From Eledone cirrhosa (taxonomy: Eukaryota), in NCBI GenBank assembly GCA_964016885.1, contig OZ024742.1:1364001-1428000 (forward strand): DNA of 64,000 nucleotides, given 5' to 3'. Of this stretch, positions 26,901-41,525 are shown piece by piece. The number at the start of each line of letters is the position of its first letter. Positions within the stretch are counted from its first letter, which is position 1. The notes below the pieces were generated by a model. That model did no database searches. It had not been told where the DNA came from and saw nothing but the letters and a program-made list of their open reading frames with translations. The translations under genes and the position numbers were made by a program.

Positions 26901-27492
26901 ACCGTCCAACTAATCTCTTCTTTCGGTACTTCACTGCGACCATTCTCAGTCACGTCTTCGAGTTTGATTCTCCGACATGACGCCATCGCCACCATCAACA
27001 TATGATTTACCCTCTCCCTCTCTCTCTCCAACATCATCATCATAGTCCTTAGCTTCCTACCTCCCCTACCACCACCACCACCATCATCATCATCACCATG
27101 ACACTTTGCCTCTCTCCCTCTTCTTCACCTTCTATCATCATCATCGCCACCATCAACATAGTCCTTAGCATTTTCCTACCTCCATCATCATCACCATCAA
27201 CAACAGCATATCCTTTGTCTTCTTCTTGTCTCTCCTCCTTCTCCATCAACATCACCACCACCCCTGCTTCATACCACCACCCTACCTCCTCTATCCCCTC
27301 CTTCATATCAGCACCACCACCAGTCCTTCATACCACCACCCTACCTCCTCTACCCCCTCCTTCATACCACCACCCTACCTCCTCTACCCCCTCCTTCATA
27401 CCACTACCCTACCTCCTCTACCCCCTCCTTCATACCACCACCCTACCTCCACTACACTAATGTCAGTGGTGACTTCTCATGTTCTTGAGCCC

Positions 27493-30400
27493 AGAACCAG
27501 ATCCCTACACACAACTATCGCGGCGGGGTTGACCCCTGAACCAGATCCCTACACACGGCTATCGGGGTGGGGTTGACCTCTGAACCAGATCCCTACACAC
27601 AGCTATCGCGGCGGGGTTGACCCCTGAACCAGATCCCTACACACGGCTATCGGGGTGGGGTTGACCTCTGAACCAGATCCCTACACACGGCTATCGGGGT
27701 GGGGTTGACCCCTGAACCAGATCCCTACACACGGCTATCGGGGTGGGGTTGACTCCTGAACCAGATCCCTACACACAGCTATCGGGGTGGTGTTGACCCC
27801 TGAACCAGATCCCTACACACGGCTATCGGGGTGGGGTTGACTCCTGAACCAGATCCCTACACACAGCTATCGGGGTGGTGTTGACCCCTGAACCAGATCC
27901 CTACACACAGCTATCGGGGTGGGGTTGACCCCTGAACCAGATCCCTACACACAGCTATCGGGGTGGGGTTGACCTCTGAACCAGATCCCTACACACAGCT
28001 ATCGGGGTGTGGTTGACTCCTGAACCAGATCCCTACACACAGCTATCGGGGTGGGGTTGACCTCTGAACCAGATCCCTACACACAGCTATCGGGGTGGTG
28101 TTGACCCCTGAACCAGATCCCTACACACGGCTATCTGTGTGGGGTTGACTCCTGAACCAGATCCCTACACACAGCTATCGGGGTGGTGTTGACCCCTGAA
28201 CCAGATCCCTACACACGGCTATCGGGGTGGTGTTGACCCCTGAACCAGATCCCTACACACGGCTATCGGGGTGGGGTTGACTCCTGAACCAGATCCCTAC
28301 ACACAGCTATCGGGGTGGGGTTGACTCCTGAACCAGATCCCTACACACAGCTATCGGGGTGGGGTTGACTCCTGAACCAGATCCCTACACACAGCTATCG
28401 GGGTGGGGTTGACCCCTGAACCAGATCCCTACACACAGCTATCGGGGTGGGGTTGACCTCTGAACCAGATCCCTACACACAGCTATCGGGGTGGGGTTGA
28501 CCCCTGAACCAGATCCCTACACACAGCTATCTGTGTGGGGTTGACTCCTGAACCAGATCCCTACACACGGCTATCGGGGTGGGGTTGACCCCTGAACCAG
28601 ATCCCTACACACAGCTATCGGGGTGGGGTTGACCCCTGAACCAGATCCCTACACACAGCTATCTGTGTGGGGTTGACTCCTGAACCAGATCCCTACACAC
28701 AGCTATCGGGGTGGGGTTGACCCCTGAACCAGATCCCTACACACAGCTATCGGGGTGGGGTTGACTCCTGAACCAGATCCCTACACACAGCTATCGGGGT
28801 GGGGTTGACCTCTGAACCAGATCCCTACACACAGCTATCGGGGTGGGGTTGACCTCTGAACCAGATCCCTACACACAGCTATCGGGGTGGGGTTGACCTC
28901 TGAACCAGATCCCTACACACAGCTATCGGGGTGGGGTTGACTCCTGAACCAGATCCCTACACACAGCTATCGGGGTGGGGTTGACCTCTGAACCAGATCC
29001 CTACACACAGCTATCGGGGTGGGGTTGACCTCTGAACCAGATCCCTACACACAGCTATCTGGGTGGGGTTGACTCCTGAACCAGATCCCTACACACAGCT
29101 ATCTGGGTGGGGTTGACTCCTGAACCAGATCCCTACACACAGCTATCGGGGTGGGGTTGACCTCTGAACCAGATCCCTACACACAGCTATCTGGGTGGGG
29201 TTGACTCCTGAACCAGATCCCTACACACAGCTATCTGGGTGGGGTTGACTCCTGAACCAGATCCCTACACACAGCTATCTGGGTGGGGTTGACTCCTGAA
29301 CCAGATCCCTACACACAGCTATCTGGGTGGGGTTGACTCCTGAACCAGATCCCTACACACAGCTATCTGGGTGGGGTTGACTCCTGAACCAGATCCCTAC
29401 ACACAGCTATCTGGGTGGGGTTGACTCCTGAACCAGATCCCTACACACAGCTATCGGGGTGGGGTTGACCTCTGAACCAGATCCCTACACACAGCTATCG
29501 GGGTGGGGTTGACTCCTGAACCAGATCCCTACACACAGCTATCGGGGTGGGGTTGACTCCTGAACCAGATCCCTACACACAGCTATCGGGGTGGGGTTGA
29601 CCTCTGAACCAGATCCCTACACACAGCTATCGGGGTGGGGTTGACTCCTGAACCAGATCCCTACACACAGCTATCTGGGTGGGGTTGACTCCTGAACCAG
29701 ATCCCTACACACAGCTATCGGGGTGGGGTTGACTCCTGAACCAGATCCCTACACACAGCTATCGGGGTGGGGTTGACTCCTGAACCAGATCCCTACACAC
29801 AGCTATCGGGGTGGGGTTGACTCCTGAACCAGATCCCTACACACAGCTATCGGGGTGGGGTTGACCTCTGAACCAGATCCCTACACACAGCTATCGGGGT
29901 GGGGTTGACCTCTGAACCAGATCCCTACACACAGCTATCGGGGTGGGGTTGACTCCTGAACCAGATCCCTACACACAGCTATCGGGGTGGGGTTGACCTC
30001 TGAACCAGATCCCTACACACAGCTATCGGGGTGGGGTTGACTCCTGAACCAGATCCCTACACACAGCTATCGGGGTGGGGTTGACCTCTGAACCAGATCC
30101 CTACACACAGCTATCGGGGTGGGGTTGACTCCTGAATCAGATCCCTACACACGGCTATCGGGGTGGGGTTGACTCCTGAACCAGATCCCTACACACGGCT
30201 ATCGGGGTGGGGTTGACCTCTGAACCAGATCCCTACACACAGCTATCGGGGTGGGGTTGACTCCTGAACCAGATCCCTACACACAGCTATCGGGGTGGGG
30301 TTGACTCCTGAACCAGATCCCTACACACGGCTATCGGGGTGGGGTTGACCTCTGAACCAGATCCCTACACACAGCTATCGGGGTGGGGTTGACTCCTGAA

Positions 30401-33400
30401 CCAGATCCCTACACACAGCTATCGGGGTGGGGTTGACCTCTGAACCAGATCCCTACACACAGCTATCGGGGTGGGGTTGACTCCTGAACCAGATCCCTAC
30501 ACACGGCTATCGGGGTGGGGTTGACTCCTGAACCAGATCCCTACACACAGCTATCTGGGTGGGGTTGACTCCTGAACCAGATCCCTACACACAGCTATCG
30601 GGGTGGGGTTGACGCCTGAACCAGATCCCTACACACAGCTATCGGGGTGGGGTTGACTCCTGAACCAGATCCCTACACACGGCTATCGGGGTGGGGTTGA
30701 CTCCTGAACCAGATCCCTACACACAGCTATCGGGGTGGGGTTGACCCCTGAACCAGATCCCTACACACGGCTATCGGGGTGGGGTTGACCCCTGAACCAG
30801 ATCCCTACACACAGCTATCGGGGTGGGGTTGACCTCTGAATGAGATCCCTACACACGGCTATCGGGGTGGGGTTGACCTCTGAACCAGATCCCTACACAC
30901 AGCTATAGGGGTGGGGTTGACCCCTGAACCAGATCCCTACACACAGCTATCGGGGTGGGGTTGACCTCTGAACCAGATCCCTACACACAGCTATAGGGGT
31001 GGGGTTGACCCCTGAACCAGATCCCTACACACGGCTATCGGGGTGGGGTTGACCTCTGAACCAGATCCCTACACACGGCTAACGGGGTGGGGTTGACCTC
31101 TGAACCAGATCCCTACACACAACTATCGGGGTGGGGTTGACCTCTGACCCAGATCCCTACACACAGCTATCGGGGTGGGGTTGACCCCTGAACCAGATCC
31201 CTACACACGGCTATCGGGGTGGGGTTGACCTCTGAACCAGATCCCTACACACAGCTATCGGGGTGGGGTTGAGCCCTGAACCAGATCCCTACACACGGCT
31301 ATCGGGGTGGGGTTGACCTCTGAACCAGATCCCTACACACAGCTATCGGGGTGGGGTTGACCCCTGAACCAGATCCCTACACACAGCTATCGTGGTGGGG
31401 TTGACACCTGAACCAGATCCCTACACACGGCTATCAGGGTGGGGTTGACCTCTGAACCAGATCCCTACACACAGCTATCGGGGTGGGGTTGACCCCTGAA
31501 CCAGATCCCTACACACAGCTATCGGGGTGGGGTTGACCTCTGAACCAGATCCCTACACACAGCTATCGGGGTGGGGTTGACCCCTGAACCAGATCCCTAC
31601 ACACGGCTATCGGGGTGGGGTTGACCTCTGAACCAGATCCCTACACACAGCTATCGGGGTGGGGTTGACCCCTGAACCAGATCCCTACACACGGCTATCG
31701 GGGTGGGGTTGACCTCTGAACCAGATCCCTACACACGGCTATCGGGGTGGGGTTGACCTCTGAACCAGATCCCTACACACAGCTATCGGGGTGGGGTTGA
31801 CCTCTGAACCAGATCCCTACACACGGCTAACGGGGTGGGGTTGACCTCTGAACCAGATCCCTACACACAACTATCGGGGTGGGGTTGACCCCTGAACCAG
31901 ATCCCTATACACAGCTATCGGGGTGGGGTTGACCCCTGAACCAGATCCCTACACACGGCTATCGGGGTGGGGTTGACCTCTGAACCAGATCCCTACACAC
32001 AGCTATCGGGGTGGGGTTGACCCCTGAACCAGATCCCTACACACAGCTATCGGGGTGGGGTTGACCCCTGAACCAGATCCCTACACACAGCTATCGGGGT
32101 GGGGTTGACCCCTGAACCAGATCCCTACACACAGCTATCGGGGTGGGGTTGACCCCTGAACCAGATCCCTACACACAGCTATCGGGGTGGGGTTGAACCC
32201 TGAACCAGATCCCTACACACAGCTATCGGGGTGGGGTTGACCCCTGAACCAGATCCCTACACACAGCTATCGTGGTGGGGTTGACCCCTGAACCAGATCC
32301 CTACACACGGCTATTGGGGTGGGGTTGACCCCTGAACCAGATCCCTACACACAGCTATCGGGGTGGGGTTGACCCCTGAACCAGATCCCTACACACGGCT
32401 ATCGGGGTGGGGTTGACCCCTGAACCAGATCCCTACACAGCTATCTGGGTGGGGTTGACCCCTGAACCAGATCCCTACACACAGCTATCGGGGTGGGGTT
32501 GACCCCTGAACCAGATCCCTACACACGGCTATCGGTGTGGTGTTGACCCCTGAACCAGATCCCTACACACGGCTATCGGTGTGGTGTTGACCCCTGAACC
32601 AGATCCCTACACACGGCTATCGGGGTGGGGTTGACCCCTGAACCAGATCCCTACACAGCTATCTGGGTGGGGTTGACCCCTGAACCAGATCCCTACACAC
32701 AGCTATCGGGGTAGGGTTGACCCCTGAACCAGATCCCTACACACAGCTATCGGGGTGGGGTTGAACCCTGAACCAGATCCCTACACACAGCTATCGGGGT
32801 GGGGTTGACCCCTGAACCAGATCCCTACACACGGCTATCGGTGTGGTGTTGACCCCTGAACCAGATCCCTACACACGGCTATCGGTGTGGTGTTGACCCC
32901 TGAACCAGATCCCTACACACGGCTATCGGGGTGGGGTTGACCCCTGAACCAGATCCCTACACACAGCTATCTGGGTGGGGTTGACCCCTGAACCAGATCC
33001 CTACACACAGCTATCGGGGTGGGATTGACCCCTGAACCAGATCCCTACACACGGCTATCGGGGTGGGGTTGACCTCTGAACCAGATCCCTACACACAGCT
33101 ATCGGGGTGGGGTTGACCCCTGAACCAGATCCCTACACACAGCTATCGGGGTGGGGTTGACCCCTGAACCAGATCCCTACACACAGCTATCGGGGTGGGG
33201 TTGACCCCTGAACCAGATCCCTACACACAGCTATCGGGGTGGGGTTGACCCCTGAACCAGATCCCTACACACAGCTATCGGGGTGGGGTTGAACCCTGAA
33301 CCAGATCCCTACACACAGCTATCGGGGTGGGGTTGACCCCTGAACCAGATCCCTACACACGGCTATTGGGGTGGGGTTGACCCCTGAACCAGATCCCTAC

Positions 33401-34607
33401 ACAGCTATCTGGGTGGGGTTGACCCCTGAACCAGATCCCTACACACAGCTATCGGGGTGGGGTTGACCCCTGAACCAGATCCCTACACACGGCTATCGGT
33501 GTGGTGTTGACCCCTGAACCAGATCCCTACACACGGCTATCGGGGTGGGGTTGACCCCTGAACCAGATCCCTACACAGCTATCTGGGTGGGGTTGACCCC
33601 TGAACCAGATCCCTACACACAGCTATCGGGGTAGGGTTGACCCCTGAACCAGATCCCTACACACAGCTATCGGGGTGGGGTTGAACCCTGAACCAGATCC
33701 CTACACACAGCTATCGGGGTGGGGTTGACCCCTGAACCAGATCCCTACACACGGCTATCGGTGTGGTGTTGACCCCTGAACCAGATCCCTACACACGGCT
33801 ATCGGTGTGGTGTTGACCCCTGAACCAGATCCCTACACACGGCTATCGGGGTGGGGTTGACCCCTGAACCAGATCCCTACACACAGCTATCTGGGTGGGG
33901 TTGACCCCTGAACCAGATCCCTACACACAGCTATCGGGGTGGGATTGACCCCTGAACCAGATCCCTACACACGGCTATCGCTGTGGTGTTGACCCCTGAA
34001 CCAGATCCCTACACACGGCTATCGGTGTGGTGTTGACCCCTGAACCAGATCCCTACACACGGCTATCGGGGTGGGGTTGACCCCTGAACCAGATCCCTAC
34101 ACACGGCTATCGGGGTGGGGTTGACCCCTGAACCAGATCCCTACACACGGCTATCGGGGTGGGGTTGACCCCTGAACCAGATCCCTACACACAGCTATCG
34201 GGGTGGGGTTGACCCCTGAACCAGATCCCTACACACAGCTATCGGGGTGGGGTTGACCCCTGAACCAGATCCCTACACACAGCTATCGGGGTGGGGTTGA
34301 CCCCCTGAACCAGATCCCTACACACGGCTATCGGTGTGGTGTTGACCCCTGAACCAGATCCCTACACACGGCTATCGGTGTGGTGTTGACCCCTGAACCA
34401 GATCCCTACACACGGCTATCGGTGTGGTGTTGACCTCTGAACCAGATCCCTACAGACAGCTATCGGGGTGGGGTTGACCCCTGAACCAGATCCCTACACA
34501 CGGCTATCGGGGTGGGGTTGACCCCTGAACCAGATCCCTACACACGGCTATCGGGGTGGGGTTGACCCCTGAACCAGATCCCTACACACAGCTATCGGGG
34601 TGGGGTT
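27493..34607. repeat. Satellite, 44 bp unit CCAGATCCCTACACACAGCTATCGGGGTGGGGTTGACCCCTGAA
   Basis: About 160 tandem copies with regional variant blocks; rare variants at 32711 and 33021 recur exactly 920 bp later. Confidence 0.98.
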
Positions 34608-35382
34608 AGCTACCAGCAGTCCCGTGAGGTAGAGTGGCAGTTCCAACGTGTCTCCCTCACCGTCCTCCGGGTCACTGTCTTCTCCATCCTGTCGGGACCC
34701 CGGGGGGTGCAGCTAAGGCATCCCTCACATTGAGGTGCAGTGTTTCTCCCTCTCCCTCTCTCTTTCTTTTATTGCTGAATTCTTTTTCTTTTTTTCATTT
34801 CCTTTTTGTTTTGTTTTTTCTTTTCTTTTGTTTCCTTTAATAGTGTTTTGTTTTTATATAAACCGCTTTCAGCCGTAGAAACCAATCTGGAAACAGCTCT
34901 GTGTGACACGGTCATCTCATCTGACTTTCTCACAACTCGACTAACCCATGCTAGCGTGGAAAAATGGAAGTTAAACTGTGGTGATGATGATGGTGATGGT
35001 GGTGACACTGAATAATGAAGACTTAGTGGAAAATAAAGTCAGGATATTCATGGCTGGAACATCGTTGATCATATATCTGTTGGATCAAGACTGACCGAGG
35101 GTTAAACAACAACACTACTATATGACACTGTATAGATGGAAACAATACAGAAAATGTAAAGCAGGGGGAATAACTCTTTCTTTCGTGTATTAAAATTGAA
35201 AAGAAAAACTTTGTTTATTGCCAATATCAGTTCGGTTCGAGAATACTTATCATCAAAGACGATCCAGCCACGAGCCTCCTGTCTTTTTAATGGGGGTGTC
35301 TAGGACTTCCCATTCCTTTTCATTTAAGCTGCTATTCCTAGTAAGTGACAACACCAGTTAGAGACTCTTTTGTGTTGTGCAG

Positions 35383-35466
35383 GTAACCAGTGCTGACCTG
35401 AACAACGAGGGAATGAAAGAAAGCTCGTTCCTGGAAGAAAAGCTCATCAAAGTCAAATTGAAATAA
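35383..35466 (+). CDS. Candidate terminal exon of unidentified gene A (VTSADLNNEGMKESSFLEEKLIKVKLK*)
   Basis: tgtgttgtgcag acceptor, phase 0 matching the exon ending at 21236, TAA overlapping AATAAA. Confidence 0.5.
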   Translation, partial: VTSADLNNEGMKESSFLEEKLIKVKLK

Positions 35467-35619
35467 AATAATTCATCTTTCAGGCCACATGTATTTATAG
35501 GGCCTGTTCTGTTGAGGCCATGTTTAACGATGAGGAGGGGAAAGTGGGAAGGGCCTTATTCGTGTGGCGGCAGGACGGTTCTGGCGAATTGTGGCCACTT
35601 CCAATAGAATATCATTGGA

Positions 35620-35800
35620 TTGGCAGTATCGGTAGAGGGTCGGACGCCATGCTTTCCAGCATAGTTACGGCCCTTTCCATTCTGAGTTCAAATCCCGCCG
35701 AGGTTGACTTTGCCTTTCATCCTTACGGGGTCGATAAAATAAAGTACCAGTAATGCACTGGGTAATTGCTGGTCTTGTGCCTAAAGTAGAAACAATTATA
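35620..35800 (+). mobile_element. SINE family 2, near full length
   Basis: A-box-like TGGCAGTATCGG, B-box-like GAGTTCAAATCC and conserved central domain; further copies at 14700-14800, 17562-17615, 20160-20237 and 36060-36215. Confidence 0.8.
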
Positions 35801-36409
35801 TATTTCTTAAGAGATTGACCCCTCTTGGTGCTGTTGGAGATTGAGTTGTTTAAACCCCATGTCTGTTGGGATCTCCTTTGGGAACCTCCTTAAAAAATAA
35901 TATAAATATTTTTAGAAATTATAAATAACGTATAAATTGTATAAATGCTATGGTATGGTCCCGTAACTCCTGATGGAGTCCGGGGCCTGAGTACGGCAGA
36001 GTTCTACCAAAGAAGGATAGAAAGTGAGAGAGAAGAAGTGAGAAAAAGATATAGAGGAAAAATCGACACCAGTACTAGACTGGTACTTTTCTATCGACCT
36101 CGAATGGATGAAAGATAAAGTTGATTTCCGTGGATTTGAACTTTGAGAGCAGAGTGTCGAAACGAATACCGCAAAGCATTCTATGTGACGCTCTAACGAC
36201 TTTGACAATTCGCTGCCTATAATCAACTATACAATAATATAAAGAGATATAATGTTGAGGGGGTATTTACACTGCTACCATACAACCAGCACACACTTCT
36301 GTAGGGTATATATATAGCAAAGGTAAATATTTATATACAAAGTTCAAATGTTTGTAGAGAATTATGTATGATAGATAAAATTATTATATTGGTCTGAAGA
36401 AAAGGCAGA

Positions 36410-37765
36410 CATATCCAGTCGGTGGCATTCGAAACGTTTGCGGGATTCGGGCTGCTAACTGCGAGGTTCTTGTCTTCACTGGCAGCACGCCTAACCGAGG
36501 TAACAAACTGTTTACAGAGTCCTTCCCTTCCATTGCGGTACCTCCCCCGTCGCATTCGAGTCAATCTTCCAATCGAAGATGGTTGGCTTTCAGCAGTTGC
36601 TAAAGAATATCGAATCAATCGAACCCCATCAAGTTTTTTTCAGACTCAGAAACTACCTTTCGATTCCTAAGCTTCTATATCTGCTCAGGGTCAGCCTTTC
36701 TCACAGATTTCCGTCCTGCCTCCAGCGCTTCGACGACCTAATCTTCGAGAGACTCGAGTGCTTCGTCAATGCCAGGCTCTCTCCAGAGTCCCGCGATCAG
36801 GCTGCGTTACCCAAGTGATTTGGGGGTCTTGGTCTTCGTAAGTGTTCGTCCCTCTCCCTCCCCTGCTTCTTTTCCTCAACCCACGCTTGCTCCACCCTGG
36901 TGAGCAACACCCTCTCCTCTCCAACATGGACTAGTTCCAACAGGGAGTTGGATGAAGCTATCCAACAATGGAGTGAGTTGGGCTTGTCTCTTCCTGAGAA
37001 GGTGGAGGACAGTCGAAGTCAGAGAACTTGGGACAGCATAAATTCGAGGGCCACCTGCGACTCCCTCTTCGTCCAGTCAGATCAGTTTGCAAGGTGCCGC
37101 TTACTGTCTGCAAGCGCCAAATACTCAGGTGACTGGGCTGTCACCCTACTCGTGGCTAATGTTGGTGGCCTACTCGGCTTGGGCGAACTTCGCGTCTCTA
37201 TTGCCCTCAGAGTGAGAGCTGACGTCTGTACGGGTCTGAGGTATCGATGTGGCAAACTCCTCGACTCCACAGGCCTCCACTAGATTTCTTGCCGCCTGAA
37301 TGCCGGCCGCTTCGCGCATCACACTGAGCTAAACCTTATTCTCAAGAGAGCTTTGGCTCAGGCAAACATCCCCTCAATCTTGGAACCATCTGGGTTGTCC
37401 AGAAGTGATGGGAAAAGACCTGACAGCCTAACTCTGTGCCCCTGGTCGAGAGGCAAATGCCTTGTCTGGGACGCCACAGTTAGTGACTCTTGCTTCTTCC
37501 CACATCCTAGATACTGCGTTTAAGGCGAGAGCCTCGGCTTCCGTAGCCGAACGGAACAAAATCCTAAAATACCGTGATCTTTCGGTTAACTACATTTTCC
37601 AGCCTGTGACGTTCGAGACGTTTGGGGGAGTCGGGCTACTGACTGCGAGATTCCTATCTTCACTGGCGGCTCGCCTAACAGAGGTAACAAATAAAGCTCG
37701 TGAGGGCGCTTGGTTGTTCCAGCGCATCAGTTTCGCCATCACCCGAGGTAACGGTATCTCTTTTA
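36410..37765 (+). mobile_element. CRE-clade-like non-LTR retrotransposon, decayed 3' half (RT thumb, zinc knuckle, restriction-like endonuclease)
   Basis: PKLLYLLR...QAALP*FGGLGLR, SGDW, RCG..LD..GLH..SC, EPSGLSRSDGKRPD...LVWDATV, KYRDL, ETFGG, LFQRISFAITRGN; stops and one frameshift. 36410-36510 duplicates the C-terminal piece. Confidence 0.85.
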
Positions 37766-38279
37766 TCAAAGTGATTTCATATATATATGCGTGTGTGTGT
37801 TGTGTGTATGTGTACAAACAATATATACTAAATGATTGCGTGTCTACGTTCCTGCCTAAACTCCAATGTTGTTTATGTTGTGTCACTTTATGTCCTATAA
37901 TATAGCGCTTCGACAAGCGGTGACTGATAAAATAAGTACCAAACTTAAATACAGTTGCTACATTAACTAATGTGCTCTTTCCTATTCAAAATTGCAGAGT
38001 ATGATTTGAAAATATTTTGGCTGCTATTTCTAGTAAATTGGCGACTATGTCAGGTAGATGTCCTTGAAATAAATTCTTGCTAAAACGAAGTTCAAGGCCT
38101 GATGTATCCTAGCGAGATCCATAAGTGTCATAAATCACATTTACCAACTTTTATCATTCGAAGTACCTTCTGCTTCGTGAAATAAAATGTATTAATAAAA
38201 GCTCTACTGGCATCCTGTGTAGTGACTCTACCTGCTAGAAATAGTAGCCAATTTTACCTCACATCAAAACCTCTGCTCG

Positions 38280-38510
38280 CCACTCTCGGAGAGAGGGGCG
38301 GTTGAACCTGTGGGAGTGGAGACTTCGAACGTCCTTGGCCCCAACCGGACCACATCCCTACTCACTGCTATCGGAGTAGAGTTGGCTGCCCACAAGTGCG
38401 AGTCCAGCAAGGTGGGGTGGCTATTCCAGCAAGGTGGGGTGGCTACTCCAGCATATCTTCCTCACCATTCTCCGGGACAATGTCTCCTCAATCCTGTCTC
38501 CCGGGACCAC
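38280..38510 (+). mobile_element. CRE-like endonuclease fragment
   Basis: VETSNVLGPNRTTSLLTAIGVELAAHKCE..VGWLFQ aligns with 48600-48720. Confidence 0.7.
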
Positions 38511-38627
38511 CAGGCGGATTGACCCTTGAACAGCGAGTGGTATATACAAATGAGAGAGGACGGGAGGTGGTAACTGTTGTTATTTTCTGCCATCTGGTGT
38601 TCATACCACGACAGGCGGTTACACTAG

Positions 38628-41525
38628 CGGTTGTCTACCACAATCTCCACTCAGTCTCTACCATACCCAGGAGTAATTACTCGGCTGTCTACCACAATCT
38701 CCACTCAGTCTCTACCATACCCAGGAGTAATTACTCGGCTGTCTACCACAATCTCCACTCAGTCTCTACCATAGCCAGGAGTAATTACTCGGCTGTCTAC
38801 CACAATCTCCACTCAGTCTCTACCTTAGCCAGGAGTAATTACTCGGCTGTCTACCACAATCTCCACTCAGTCTCTACCATAGCCAGGAGTAATTACTCGG
38901 CTGTCTACCACAATCTCCACTCAGTCTCTACCATAGCCAGGAGTAATTACTCGGCTGTCTACCACAATCTCCACTCAGTCTCTACCATAGCCAGGAGTAA
39001 TTACTCGGCTGTCTACCACAATCTCCACTCAGTCTCTACCATAGCCAGGAGTAATTACTCGGCTGTCTGCCACAATCTCAACTCAGTCTCTACCATAGCC
39101 AGGAGTAATTACTCGGCTGTCTACCACAATCTCAACTCAGTCTCTACCATAGCCAGGAGTAATTACTCGGTTGTCTACCACAATCTCCACTCAGTCTCTA
39201 CCATAGCCAGGAGTAATTACTCGGTTGTCTACCACAATCTCCACTCAGTCTCTACCATAGCCAGGAGTAATTACTCGGTTGTCTACCACAATCTCCACTC
39301 AGTCTCTACTATACCCAGGAGTAATTACTCGGTTGTCTACCACAATCTCCACTCAGTCTCTACTATACCCAGGAGTAATTACTCGGCTGTCTACCACAAT
39401 CTCCACTCAGTCTCTACTATACCCAGGAGTAATTACTCGGCTGTCTACCACAATCTCCACTCAGTCTCTACCATACCCAGGAGTAATTACTCGGCTGTCT
39501 ACCACAATCTCCACTCAGTCTCTACCATAGCCAGGAGTAATTACTCGGCTGTCTACCACAATCTCCACTCAGTCTCTACCTTAGCCAGGAGTAATTACTC
39601 GGCTGTCTACCACAATCTCCACTCAGTCTCTACCATAGCCAGGAGTAATTACTCGGCTGTCTACCACAATCTCCACTCAGTCTCTACCATAGCCAGGAGT
39701 AATTACTCGGCTGTCTACCACAATCTCCACTCAGTCTCTACCATAGCCAGGAGTAATTACTCGGCTGTCTACCACAATCTCCACTCAGTCTCTACCATAG
39801 CCAGGAGTAATTACTCGGCTGTCTACCACAATCTCAACTCAGTCTCTACCATAGCCAGGAGTAATTACTCGGCTGTCTACCACAATCTCAACTCAGTCTC
39901 TACCATAGCCAGGAGTAATTACTCGGCTGTCTACCACAATCTCCACTCAGTCTCTACCATAGCTAGGAGTAATTACTCGGCTGTCTACCACAATCTCCAC
40001 TCAGTCTCTACATAGCCAGGAGTAATTACTCGGCTGTCTACCACAATCTCAACTCAGTCTCTACCATAGCTAGGAGTAATTACTCGGCTGTCTACCACAA
40101 TCTCCACTCAGTCTCTACCATAGCCAGGAGTAATTACTCGGCTGTCTACCACAATCTCCACTCAGTCTCTACCATAGCCAGGAGTAATTACTCGGCTGTC
40201 TACCACAATCTCCACTCAGTCTCTACCATAGCCAGGAGTAATTACTCGGCTGTCTACCACAATCTCCACCCAGTCTCTACCATAGCCAGGAGTAATTACT
40301 CGGTTGTCTACCACAATCTCCACTCAGTCTCTACCATAGCCAGGAGTAATTACTCGGTTGTCTACCACAATCTCCACTCAGTCTCTACTATACCCAGGAG
40401 TAATTACTCGGCTGTCTACCACAATCTCCACTCAGTCTCTACCATAGCCAGGAGTAATTACTCGGTTGTCTACCACAATCTCCACTCAGTCTCTACCATA
40501 GCCAGGAGTAATTACTCGGTTGTCTACCACAATCTCAACTCAGTCTCTACCATAGCCAGGAGTAATTACTCGGCTGTCTACCACAATCTCCACTCAGTCT
40601 CTACCATAGCCAGGAGTAATTACTCGGCTGTCTACCACAATCTCCACTCAGTCTCTACCTTAGCCAGGAGTAATTACTCGGCTGTCTACCACAATCTCCA
40701 CTCAGTCTCTACCTTAGCCAGGAGTAATTACTCGGCTGTCTATCACAATCTCCACTCAGTCTCTACCATACCCAGGAGTAATTACTCGGCTGTCTACCAC
40801 AATCTCCACTCAGTCTCTACCTTAGCCAGGAGTAATTACTCGGCTGTCTACCACAATCTCCACTCAGTCTCTACCATACCCAGGAGTAATTACTCGGCTG
40901 TCTACCACAATCTCCACTCAGTCTCTACCTTAGCCAGGAGTAATTACTCGGCTGTCTACCACAATCTCCACTCAGTCTCTACCTTAGCCAGGAGTAATTA
41001 CTCGGCTGTCTACCACAATCTCCACTCAGTCTCTACCATACCCAGGAGTAATTACTCGGCTGTCTACCACAATCTCCACTCAGTCTCTACCATAGCCAGG
41101 AGTAATTACTCGGCTGTCTACCACAATCTCCACTCAGTCTCTACCATAGCCAGGAGTAATTACTCGGCTGTCTACCACAATCTCCACTCAGTCTCTACCA
41201 TAGCCAGGAGTAATTACTCGGCTGTCTACCACAATCTCCACTCAGTCTCTACCATAGCCAGGAGTAATTACTCGGCTGTCTACCACAATCTCCACTCAGT
41301 CTCTACCATAGCCAGGAGTAATTACTCGGCTGTCTACCACAATCTCCACTCAGTCTCTACCATAGCCAGGAGTAATTACTCGGCTGTCTACCACAATCTC
41401 CACTCAGTCTCTACATAGCCAGGAGTAATTACTCGGCTTTCTATCACGATCTCCACTCGGAAGTCTCTACCATAGCCAGGAGTAATTACTCGGCTGTCTA
41501 CCACAATCTCCACTCGGAAGTCTCT
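38628..41525. repeat. Satellite, 54 bp unit GGCTGTCTACCACAATCTCCACTCAGTCTCTACCATAGCCAGGAGTAATTACTC
   Basis: About 53 highly homogeneous copies, each with the palindrome GAGTAATTACTC. Confidence 0.98.

Noticed and set aside
38396-40015. 539-aa ORF
   Set aside because: Translation of a 54-bp satellite behind a CRE fragment; ends at a 1-bp deletion in the array; no splice or homology support.
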